From positions 45,756,001 to 45,820,000 of the forward strand of contig JBITNC010000001.1 in NCBI GenBank assembly GCA_050084985.1: a stretch of DNA of 64,000 nucleotides. The letters are read 5' to 3'. Positions within the stretch are counted from its first letter, which is position 1. The number at the start of each line of letters is the position of its first letter. The position numbers and the translations under genes are program-made. The notes under the pieces were generated by a model that saw only the letters and a program-made list of their open reading frames with translations, was not told where the DNA came from and ran no database searches. The stretch is from Nageia nagi. Lineage: Eukaryota > Plantae > Pinophyta. Positions 14,100 through 25,337 of the stretch are shown in pieces.

Positions 14100-16300
14100 G
14101 ATTTTTAGAATGGTATTATTCCATCACCTTCTCATGTAGGTCAAGTAATAAGATTCTAAATATGATTTATATATTGTTACTTGGTGGTCGGGTGATGAAT
14201 GAAGATGTCTTAAAGTAGAAGGGGTTATAAATCAATAAAGTCAAACGTAAGAGTGTCGAGTACAAAAAAATATATGAAAGTGGTCAAATAGTGTTCTATG
14301 AAGAAAAACACAAATGAAAGAAGTGTTTTTGTGATGTGTAAAGAAGAAATGATCCTAATTTGACAACATTTAGTCTATTTTATTCATAAATCTATCATAC
14401 CCTTTTTGATGGTTTCACCCCATTAAGTGTATTCTCCTAAGAATTCTATCATACCAATTTTGATGGTTCAACTAGGTAAATAGTACAAAGATTAGGGAAG
14501 TTTGTACAAGAAAAATAAGAATTTGAATCAGATAAGCCTAATTTGTTTTTCATAAAGTACCAAGTTGCACATTCTCTAGTGCACCAATGCATGGGAATGT
14601 CATTTAGCTTATTAGTCAAGAGTTCCATCAATGAGATGCCAAGCCTATGCTATAATATGTTGTGATTTGAAGCATTATTTGACTCATAAATATTACTTAC
14701 GTTAAAAGAGTATCCATTTATTTTTAAAATGATCCATACAACATAATTAACTAGCCCCATGAGACAATATGTGTATGTCATCAAGATGCAATGAATATCA
14801 TTGCCCCACCTTGACCAACCTCATGATTGGTATAAAAGAAATGCATGGAGGGCCAAATAAATTATCATGCATGTTGTAGGTAAAAATCTAAAATGTTAAT
14901 CTCTTGCAACTAGGGAAAATGAAAGGCCCCATACCTTTTGGAAAAGTTAGACATGCTCTTTCCAACTAATTATTTGTGGACTAGACCTGTCAACCCTCTT
15001 ACATTCCAAGAGAGAAAATTCATTAAGATGAGTCAAGTTGCATAACACCTGTGATGTCTTTTGTATCCTTAAAGTTCATAATAGGTTCATAATTGTTGGA
15101 GATAAAATACTTATAAATCTCATAAATGAATTCTATTCAACATCTTTTCTGTGGGAGAAGGCACAAATCTAGTGTTGAATTTGCTTGGTTTGGAAGATTA
15201 TGGTAGGGGGATTGTGCAATATCACAATAGCACTTACGGTTTTTGCTTTCTTGTTGTAGATTTTGGTCCATTCCTCTTGGGATGGCTCAAGAGTCTACGA
15301 GGAGGGATCTTGTTGTTGGGGCATCAATTTTGGTGGTGTTTGGAGATTGAAGTGTCCCTAAATGAGCGAACATTCCTTGATTTTATGAGTAGTTGACTAG
15401 TGACAAGTATTGGAATAATTAATATAGATAAATTCTTGTTGTAAATGAATATCCCCAATATGAATGTTAAGAAACTCCTTAATTTCTTTGGCCATGTTGA
15501 TTTCGATATATATGCTTCTGTGTGGTCAAGCCGAATAGAATTTATGTTGTTCCATGCATATGAAATCTCATAGATTGGAAACTAGCTTCTTGATAGGAGA
15601 CCAAAGGGGATACAAAAGCCAAGGGAACTCAATCGAGACAATGACTTTTAAAGAGACCTCTTGAGAGACCATGAAGTTCTTCATTTAGGGTTGGAAAATA
15701 AGCGAAGTATTAAACATGCACAAGGGACCTTTAACGAGAATTGCATGTGCATGTTGAGGATCAATAAAACAAAAATGAAAAAGCTCTTTTATCATGTTTT
15801 GTACACTCTCAACTCTAATGCCATGGGGATAGCAGACAGATTGAATTTATTGATGAATTATGGTTTCATTGGGAAAGTTTTAGAAAATACCTTACTAAAG
15901 TATTCTATTCTAACCATTGACATGCAAAATCAATATGAATCATAATCACGACAATAGGGGTGAAATCATCACCTCATGAAACACTTTATGGAAAAAATTC
16001 GAGGGTCTTTTCTTAGGCACCATGATGTTATCCTGCAAGAGCTTCTACAAAAGTAGAAGCATCTATTTAGGTTGAAACTATTATGGTGGTGAGATTACTC
16101 TCACCAAAGGTATTGTGGCAAAGGCAACAGTAAATGTGGGTTTGTGTGATAAACTGGCTGAATATATAGTGTAAACAAGGTGGTGACAGCAAAGACAACA
16201 AGCATAAATCCTAGTAACATGGAGAACAAAAGTTTCTTTATTGTCAAAGTTATTCAACCTTTTTATGTGAATTTTTTTACACATTTTGGATCAAACCTTA
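14100..16300 (-). mobile_element. Very decayed Ty3/gypsy gag-protease remnant (tentative)
   Basis: Protease-like segment near 14730-14800(-) and gag-like composition at 15500-15900. Heavily interrupted. Confidence 0.35.
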
Positions 16301-17329
16301 TTATTCATAGTTATATAATATCATTTACACTACAATTCACTTCCAACATTTTTAAAATTTAATGAAATAAAGAACCTTCAAAGTTCAGCACTGAAAAGAC
16401 AAGAAAAGACAGGTTATTGTCCATGACAGTTATAAGATATATCTTCTAATATCCCTTTAAACCCAATGGTTTGTAGGACCTATCAAAGTTTGTCCAAACA
16501 TAAATATAAATCAATTATGCATTTAAATGATTGTTTTAACAGAATCAAGATGTATAATAAAATTGTCAAGCTTGTTTTGATTATCTTGATCTAATAGCTT
16601 ATGGATCAAGTTGTAATTACAAATATCTTTATATACTTGTCTAATGTCTTTGTAAATTGAATAGACACAAAATGAGTTTTATCTTCTATGGTATTTAGGT
16701 TACAGAGCTTACAAATTCTTTTATGCAAGGTGTTTTAAGTATTGCCCATCTACCAATCTAGCTATGTAGTTCAAGTGGACAATTATTGTACCAATGCATA
16801 TGTCATTATGCACAACATACAATTAATGTATATTTAACCACATAGTGGCAGCTATGCCTTACATTGCAATAAATTATCCAACCTCTTAAACGCCCCCATT
16901 TGTACATGTGTGCTCTAATGGAGGCATGTCATGATAGCATGAGGAGGGTGTTTAATTGTCAGCAATGCATTCAATTATCATTGTCCCACAAAGAAAAAGC
17001 TAAAAACAATGAACACATGAAACATAGATCTTTGTTGCTGCACAATTCAGCTGATTGGAAAAGATAAGGTGTTGTGCCCGCACAACACACCCCAAGATGC
17101 AGCATTTGGGTACTCAATTTTTGCAACGGCAATGAGTGGCATTGCTTGGGCATGATCAACTTACGACTAGTATGGAGAATTAGGGCAGCCAGATGATCAA
17201 ACAATGCATGAGCATGCCCTGGAGTAATGAAAAGAGTTCAATGTAGCCAGTGGCCAAGTTAGGGCCTGGTTCCAAGCGATATCTCACATGATGGAGTTTT
17301 GGGTCACGACAGCGACTAGACAGTGGAGT

Positions 17330-17780
17330 TTTGAACGAATGGTCATCAAGGTGAAAAAGGCGTTGTTTTTGTAAGTTTGATCGATAAAGGTGCCAAGGCA
17401 ACCAAATGATCGTTTTTTGTCAAGTTTAAGTCCCAGTAAATACAGTCAAGATAACAAAAATGTGTGTTTTTGCACAATTTGAGCTTGGAAAAGCCAACTA
17501 TGGCAAAAATGTGCATTTTTGTCAAGTTTGAGTCTGGGAGCAGTAAATAGAGTCAAGATGATGAAAATGTGCATTTTTGCACAATTTGAGCCCGGAAAAG
17601 GCAACTATGGCCAAAAGGTGCATTTTTGTCAAGTTTTAGTTACGGAGTAGTAAATAGAGTCAAGATGATGAAAATGTGCATTTTTGCACAGTTTGAGCCT
17701 TGAAAAGGCAACTATGGCTAAAAGGTGCATTTTTCCACAATTTGAGCCCAAAATGCTCGAAAATGACCAAAAATGCAGAG
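17330..17780 (+). repeat. 107-bp tandem repeat (~3-4 copies) built of ~53-bp subunits
   Basis: GTAAATA(C/G)AGTCAAGAT at 17436, 17543 and 17650. The core AAAATGTGCATTTTTG...TTTGAG recurs twice per unit. Confidence 0.9.
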
Positions 17781-18169
17781 TTGAGCTCAAAGTGCTCGGA
17801 AATGCTTGAAAATGATCATTTTTGCACATCTTGAGTCCAAAAACTTCAGAAATGTAGACTTTGAGCTTGAAATGCCGGAAAAGATCATTTTTTCACCGTT
17901 TGAGCTTGTAAATGTTTGGAAATGGTCGAAATGCATGCTTTGAGCCCAGAGATGCACCATTTGGGCCCGTAAAAGACGGAAAAGGCCGGAAATGAACAGT
18001 ATAGCTCGGAATGGATCGGGAAAGCAAGTTTGAGTGCCCTTGGGGGTAAATAAAAAAATGAGCATTTTGGCGTTCGAGAAGCTTCAGGTTTAGCCCGTAA
18101 AAATGAGTTTTTTTTTTTTTAATGCTCGAAACAAAAATCCGAGAGGTGTGGTGCCAATGACAAATTAAG

Positions 18170-19580
18170 GCCACTTTACTCTTGGAATTGTCGAAAAAAC
18201 TCGAGTTTTGACCCCCGAAAATCTAGGGGGGAGTTTTGCAAGTTTTCCCTTCACCAAATCTCGAAAATGGCCTATTATCTTAAAAACCTGCACCTACCTT
18301 TTGGGAGGCCCAGATTGATCCGAAAGTGGAATTTTTGAGCTTGGGAGCGTGGAGATTGTGATTCTACATCAAATTGGTCTTTCAAGTTCGCAATTTCGAT
18401 GAGTTTTGCTCCACCAAAAGTGGAAAAAACAGGAAAATGAGCAAAAAGACAGCCAATAGGAATGCTCCAAATTTTCTAAAATTTCAAACATGTCAAAATG
18501 AAAATCCAAGAAAGAGGTAGGGTGCCGAATCCAATTTTAGGCATCTTCCCTCTTGAAATTTTCGAAAAAAATCAAGAAATATCCCTCAAAAAGTTAGGCG
18601 CTGGTTTTGCCTCTTTTCCCTTGCTTGGCCAAATTTCGAAAATGTCCTATTCCTCCCGAAACCTGTGCCTACGTTTCTTGCACCCTAAAATTGCAAAAAA
18701 ATGAGATTTTTGATCTCCATGGGGTGTACGATGGGATTTCACACAAGTTTGATGATTTGAATTTTCCAAAAAATATGAGATCTACTTCCTCAAATCATCA
18801 AAATTTGATCAGCCAATGAGAGAGCTCCAAAATTTTCTAAATTTTTCAAAATTGGCCAAATTAAAAAACGGGAATGAGGTAGGGTGCAAAATCCAAATGT
18901 GAGCAATATTGCCTCTTGCAATTTTGCAAAAAAATCAAATTTTGCCCCTCACAAACCTAGGCGGCAGTTTTAGGAGTTTTTTTCCCTCATTTTCCAAAAT
19001 TTCCAAACTTGCCTAAATGTCCTAAAACTTGCACCTAGCTTGGGAGTGCTCTATTTTTCTCTAAAATTGAAATTTTTCATCCTAGGAGCATGGGAAATCC
19101 AATTTTGAACAAGTTTCATGTTTTAAGTTTTTGGAAAAAAGTGGATCTACTCCCTCAAAATCACAAAATTTGGATCAGCCAATGGGAGAGCTTGAAAATT
19201 TTTCAAATTTTCCAAAATTGTCAAAATCAAAATTGAAAAGAAAGGTAGGGTGGCAAATCAAATTCTAAGCATCTTTGCCTCTTGCAAGATTGCAAAAAAC
19301 TCAAATTTTGGCTTCGAAAAAGTTAGGGGGAGTTTTGAAAGTTTTGGGCCATTTCACCAAAGTTCCAAACATGCCCAAAACCTTCAAAACCTGTGCCTAG
19401 CCTCCTTGACCCTCAAAATTACTCAAAAGGGACATTTAATGCTTCCACGTGATAGGTGGTTTGATTCTACAGCACTTTGGTCTCTCACTTGTGCAATTTG
19501 GTCGATGAAAGCTCTCAAAAACCACCTTTTTGCATTCAAGAAGTAATCAAGGGCCAAAAAACTCAAAAAATTTGGATATT
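18170..19580 (+). repeat. ~365-bp diverged tandem repeat (~4 copies)
   Basis: AAAC(C/T)TG(C/T)(A/G)CCTA at ~18285, 18659, 19026 and 19387. CAGCCAAT at ~18450, 18810 and 19176. GGTAGGGTG at ~18517, 18878 and 19244. Confidence 0.85.
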
Positions 19581-19829
19581 TTCTCAAAATTTGAAATCCA
19601 AATCTGAAGTATGAAGGTTGGAAAGCATCCAAAAGCCATCATCTTTGCTTCCAAGAGCCCCCACATTGGACCAAATCTGCTCCTTCCATACTTAGGTGCA
19701 GGTTTTGGCCTTTTCCCCTTTTTTCTCCACTTTTCCAACATTGGGCATGAGAGGGAAGAGTCCAAAAAGCAAAATTTATACTGAGGGTTGATGTGGTGTT
19801 GACATGTGGCACCTTTTCACCCCCTAAAT

Positions 19830-19839
19830 CTATAAATAC
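19830..19839 (+). promoter_or_regulatory. TATA box (CTATAAATAC) of the element-internal gene
   Basis: Consensus plant TATA box followed by a pyrimidine-rich leader. Downstream branch point CTAAC (~20665) and acceptor CAG (ends 20691) lie just before ATG 20699. Confidence 0.55.
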
Positions 19840-20698
19840 ACCCATACCACCTCTATTTTTCTTGCTACTCCCATTTTGCATTTTTATGCTGCCAAAATTT
19901 TTAAGAATTGGAGAGTTGAAGTGAAGAAGAAAGCCCATTTTCAACCTTGAAGGACAATTTGAACACTAAGCACCATTTCCATTGATCCAAACTCCATTAA
20001 ACTTGAAGATCCAAACATCCTCCATCCCACATGAACTCCATTTTTCAAGTTTTGAGGATTTTTTATACCAAAACCCCATTTTCCCAAGCCTCAAACACTT
20101 GATTTTTTTTTTTAGATTTCAAGTTTGATCACTTTTTTGGATACTCTTTATCCTTGTGATCAACTTTTATTTTCAGCAAAAAAACAAAAAAATTACATAT
20201 GATCCAAGATCTGAGTGCCTAAAATCTTCATTTCTTTACAAAAAAATAAAAAAAAAAAATCCAAATTTTTTTTCAAAAACTCCAAAAAGTGTTTTTCAAG
20301 TTCGTTTTGGCGGTTTCAAAGTTTAAAACACCTTTCCCACTCATCCCCCATCCATCTAAGGTGTTAAAACTTGATTCTAGCACCATTTGGCTAGTTTGCC
20401 AAATTTCACCCTTTTTTCCTATTGAAAAAGTCAACTTTTCAAGCTAAAAGTTGAAAATTTTCCAAAATTCCCAAAATTTTACCAAGGCATTTCCCCTTGA
20501 GTTAGTTACTTTTGTGTTATTCCAAACTGACCCAAAAGGTCTTGAACCTTGCAAATTTTGACACTTTCAATGATGGCACACTTAGAGTAAAAATTCAAAA
20601 ATCCAAAATTTTCAAAATCTCGCTTTGTCTTCCTAGAAAGTGCCACAAGCTTCCTAGGACTCTTCTAACTCTATGTTGTTCTCTTAGACAGGAACGAG

Positions 20699-23600
20699 AT
20701 GGCATTAGTCATTCAAAATATCAAAGACAAGAAGTAGAGAAGGTTCACAGTGGACAACCCGATCACGCTCGAACATACAACAGAGCTTGTAATGCCTACT
20801 ACAAGAATAATTGATCAATTGACTAAAATTGGGGACACAAACTGTAACTCCTTGGATACCATCAAAACTTTGATGAAAATACAACTGATGGATCCAGCTA
20901 AGCTAGTAAAGGACCCACTGAAAAACTCCCTACTAGTAATAGCCTCAATGGTGCCATTTGCCACCCACTTCCTTAAGCTGTGCTACGAGCTGGGAAAGCA
21001 TTGCAACACCCAAAGGCGAAGACTCTTCGATATAAAAAATGAAGTGATCATGGATTTTTCTAAGAAAGGAATAGAAAGGGCATTCGCTTGGACAAGCGAA
21101 GGTGTATCATATAGCGTGCAAGACTCCTTGAGATTCTACAAAAGTTTGAAACCTGCATATGATTTGATCAGAGATTAGTTGGCCGATGATCGCAAGCATC
21201 TCACAGGGAGAGCCTTAGCAACGCCTAACAGAAGAGAGTTCTATCATATAGTCTCCAGACTTATATCAATGCTTTCCAGAGTGACTGGACAGAAAGATGA
21301 CACCAAATTCCGGCCGGAATTCGCTGGGTTTATAGATCTCATCAATGGCGGTAAAGGCATTAGGTGGAGCAGAGTGATTAGTGATTCCTTGGCTCAACAA
21401 TTGAAAAACATTCAAAGGAGCAAGAAATTCTACATGAACTCCTACTTGGTTTACCTACTCCTTCACAGTAGGGAGAGGGTAACCTCAATTGCCAATACCA
21501 AATATTTGTGTGACCCCACACATCCAGTGTGGGAAAATTACCCCCGATTCTATGCTTTCAATAAATGGAACAATGGTAACTGGAAGATGATGATTGCCGG
21601 TTTGGAAGGCAAAATCTATGAAGAGATCATGTGCAAAGCCAATTTATGTAGAATATCCAATGAAGTTGCTACCACTATCAAAGGACATGTGGACTTCTTC
21701 ATGGAGGACATAGAATTCACCTATCTCAGGGTTTATGGCTCCAAAGAAGCCCCTTATAAGCTACCCAGTTACGCAAGTGATCGCCTCATCCTCTTAGAAT
21801 TTTCAAGACATTTGTTTAACATACATGACAAGGTATGGGTAAAAAAGGCGGCAAGCACTTACCAATTACCTATTGTCATTAGGAATTATGAATGCACCAC
21901 TTGGCTTCAGATTGATAGGATTAAACAAGAGCTAGCATTGTATTAATTCTCAACTTAGATATCTACGGATCGTTATGATCCTAATGGAGTGGTTGATGGA
22001 TTTTTCCAGAAAACATGAAGCTCATCATATCCACACCAGTCCCTTGGTAGTATTGAGAGGTACAAGAACATTCAGGACACCTTGCAAGTTCAACGGGTTT
22101 ATAAGGAGCTGAAGAAAGAACAAAAACAACGAGAAGCCGAAGAAGCTACCAGATTAAGAGCCAATGCACAGGTCACCGTACCAATAGCATCCCCGAACAA
22201 ACCATTGAAACAACTGTCACGGGTACGAAGAATGGCATCATGGACCTCAGAAGAGCAAGCTTGATCTCTCAACCATTCAAACACTTGCAGAAAAAGATAG
22301 ATCTCTGGCATGTTTGAATCAGAGTGGTATGTGCCTAAATCTAAACCCTAGTACATTATCGTCCAGTTCTGACAAGTATGAATCGAGTAGCTTGTTAGAG
22401 TCCGATGAAGAGATCGATCTTAGTGCAATCATCAACACCGACATGGAAGTGAATTGACATATTACCTTTGATAGGGTTGACACTGATCACTTAGTGGAGA
22501 TCTCTAATGAAGACAATATCGCGATTGCTTTAATTGTATAGCAAGCAGTAGGAGCAGGCAGCCCAAAATTTGCTCCTCAGAAATAGGCATCACAAATGCC
22601 ATCATCTCGGAGGACTACGACAACATCAACACAAAAGGGTACATCAAGACCTAGGACAATGGCATCATCTTTAGGGGGAGATGATGGAAATTAGGAAGAT
22701 GAAGGAGAAAACGAAGAACAGAGAAGAAAAAGGAGACAAGTAGAGCATGACATTGAAATCATCGAAGATGGAGAGATGGTTCCTTATGGAAAACAACCCA
22801 TGGAACCCCGCTTCGACATGGTTGCAGTGATGGCTAACTTAAGTTCAAATCATCGAAGATGGAGAGATGGTTCCTTATGGAAAACAACCCATGGAACCTC
22901 GCTTCGATATGGTTGCAGTGATGGCTAACTTAAGTTCAAATCATCCCTGCGAAGGAGAAGATTTCGAAGATGAAAATGAGGAACTTCAACAAATTGATAC
23001 TCTCACCACCACTGTAGGTAAAGCCACCTACAAGGACAAGCTCTACTCCAGAAAGAACAAGGCTGGTACTGGAAAGTTTGCCCTCATAGTTGAAACAAAA
23101 GAGGCCCCTACAGAGATTGTTGGCCCATTGGGAATGGAGCACAACATCATCACAAATGCATGGGCGTTGAGGGAATCCGATACCTTATTAAAGCTAGAGA
23201 TCCGAGAATTGAAGAAAAAAGTGGCTAGTTAGGAAATGATTGACAAAGAAGTCAAGGCTGCTAACTTAACAGTTGAAGACATCAAAAAGCAGGTTGACTT
23301 AAATACTGGAATCATCGCCTTGAAACAAGAATGGACCAAGGACCTTATTGAGGCTATCAAAGCACTCCACTCAAGCATGAAAAATTTTTATATTGAGGAG
23401 GAGGGGTCGCATTCTCAGGTGGAGAAAATAGACTAGTTGATCATCAGATGGAAGAATGGGTACCCCATAATGTTTGACCTACGAAGAAGGGCAACCCTTC
23501 ATCCATTCGTGCTAGATTTTTGCATAGGTTGGTTCCAATTGTATGATTATCTGTTCTACATCAAAGTCATGTCCACTGACTTCATATACACCAGGACTCA

Positions 23601-24014
23601 ACTCAAATCCGTTATCAGTGAGCAAGCAATGGAATATGAATTCCAAGTCCCTTTGTTTGAGGAGCATCAAGGAGTATATTACAGTGATGACAACAATACA
23701 TGCCACTATTGCAGAGCAGCTATGTCCCGATTCCACATAGCTTGAAAACAGGAAGACAAATGAAAGGAGGAATCAGACTTGTCGTATGATGCAAGGAAAT
23801 GGTCAAAACCAATAAGACCATCATGGAGCACCTCCTACCAAACGAAGGAGTCCTCCAGACAATCCATTAGGCCATTAGGAACATAGAAGCGTTCATGGGA
23901 GATGACTTTGAAGCTAAAATTGTGACAAATGTACAAGTCATCTTCCCACAATCGCCAGAATAGAAAGGAGTCTATTTTGGCAAATTTTTGATATGTAAGC
24001 CAAATATTGGCTAA
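20699..24014 (+). pseudogene. Decayed ~1,070-codon retroelement accessory gene of unrecognised family
   Basis: ATG 20699 is in frame with ORFs 20750, 21179 and 22082 across single TAG/TGA/TAA stops. A +1 shift near 22300 plus the 91-bp duplication give exactly the frame of ORFs 22867, 23236 and 23437. A last shift near 23790 leads to TAA at ~24014. Motifs: WSRVISDSL..QL..FYMNSYLVY, FTYLRVYG..PYKLP, RYDP.G, an acidic linker and a coiled-coil C-half. Confidence 0.8.
22756..22945. repeat. 91-bp tandem duplication with AAATCATC microhomology
   Basis: AAATCATC at 22756, 22847 and 22938. The copies differ by two C/T changes. Confidence 0.95.
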
Positions 24015-25337
24015 CTTAGTGGATTCCCACTAACTCCAATTGTAATCTCAATTAGCATTTTCAAGTAGCTCGTAAATACTTGTTAATGTTGCAATTAGGG
24101 ATTAGGTTTTTGAAACTCATTTTTAAGATTTCGAAAGTTACTTTTAGGGTTTCCAAAAGTCTATAAGTAAGAGACCAAAGGTCTCATTTTTGCAAGGACT
24201 TCATTTTGGAGCAAACACTTCAATCTTGAAGAGAGAACTTTTGAAAATTGAGAGCTTATTGTAAATCTTGGCACCTCTTTTTTCAAAGATAATAGAAAGT
24301 GGCTAATGCAAAGACTTGAGTTTGATATTTTTCATATTGGTGTTATGGATTGAATCTTTGAGGACATTCATAGTTGGTTTGTGCACTTTCGTTTTATTCC
24401 TTTGAAAGCTTTCGAGCTTTAGGGAAGTTATCACTGAAAAATTTTAAAGAGTGCTTGAAGCTTACCTATGTTGCTTGATCTTTAACATACAAGTTGATTG
24501 GGAATTCTATGTTAGTTTCTACTTTCATGACATCTTGTTAGGTCCTTCATCCAAAACTATGATCCTCTCACTTTGAGACCTTCCATTTCCATTCAATTGC
24601 ATCGATTCTATTCATAGAGCACCGACAATTGGCGTTCCTTTTCGCTTGTCTATTCGAACGCTGAGTTGTTTGCTTGCAAGGTTGGATGAATTCAATGAAA
24701 AGTCCTTAACCGATTTGGAAGAGATCAACTCTTAGACACATTCCCATCAGTGAACCTCAAACTCATATCTAACCAAGTATCTATTCTTTTCTCAAGGTGT
24801 TGCCCTTCACCTTTTACTATATTTTCTTTATGTTTTTTTATGCTTTCAAACCCAAATACAATCGTTAAGTCCACACACAGATGTTCCGAATAAACTCTAT
24901 ACATCAAAGAATAAAACAACATTGGTTAACAAACTCTTACCTCTCATTCCATTCCATTGAGGCTGATTCCAAAGAGGGATACCGCACTTTCTTTATCTAT
25001 CCCTAGACTAGGAGCATGCTTAGCGGGCATACTTTGAACTTTGTAACGTTGAGTTGCTGAGTAAGTTGTTTCGGCAAGAGCCTTGGAGGTACACAGTCCT
25101 TGTCAAACGGGAGAATTGTTAATGCATTCTCAACTATGTTGCTTGGGAGCTCCTAAATTCTGTGTATGATCTTTGGAGACATAATAGTTCAGAAAATTAC
25201 AAGATAAATTATGTGGTTACTTGTACAACATACTCTAATCAACCAATCTCATTTCATCATCTTCTTCCTTCTCGTCAGGATTTTTATCTTTCAACACCCA
25301 CAGAGCACAAGGTTGAGCAGCCCAGCCCTGCACTGCA

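Larger units (their letters stand above)
17070..24921 (+). mobile_element. ~7.85-kb LTR-like element (putative giant solo LTR) containing a protein-coding gene
   Basis: Starts TGTTGT (17070) and ends ACAACA (24921), a perfect 6-bp inverted terminus. Contains tandem arrays at 17330-19580, TATA at 19831, a long decayed ORF and an LTR R/U5-like tail with TATAAGTA at ~24163. No gag/pol motifs and no terminal direct repeats. Flanks TAAGG / TTGGT do not form a TSD. Confidence 0.6.

Noticed and set aside
17330-17780. Regularly spaced repeats as a CRISPR array
   Set aside because: The spacers are themselves repeated, there are no cas genes, and the context is eukaryotic. The same applies to 41270-41515 and 61545-61885.
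17629-19944. Many 65-100 aa ORFs in the repeat arrays
   Set aside because: K/F/N-rich translations of tandem A/T-tract repeats, with no consistent frame or motif.
24922-24935. TTGGTTAAC after the element end as a PBS
   Set aside because: Beyond TGG it matches no tRNA 3' end I recognise, and no gag follows.
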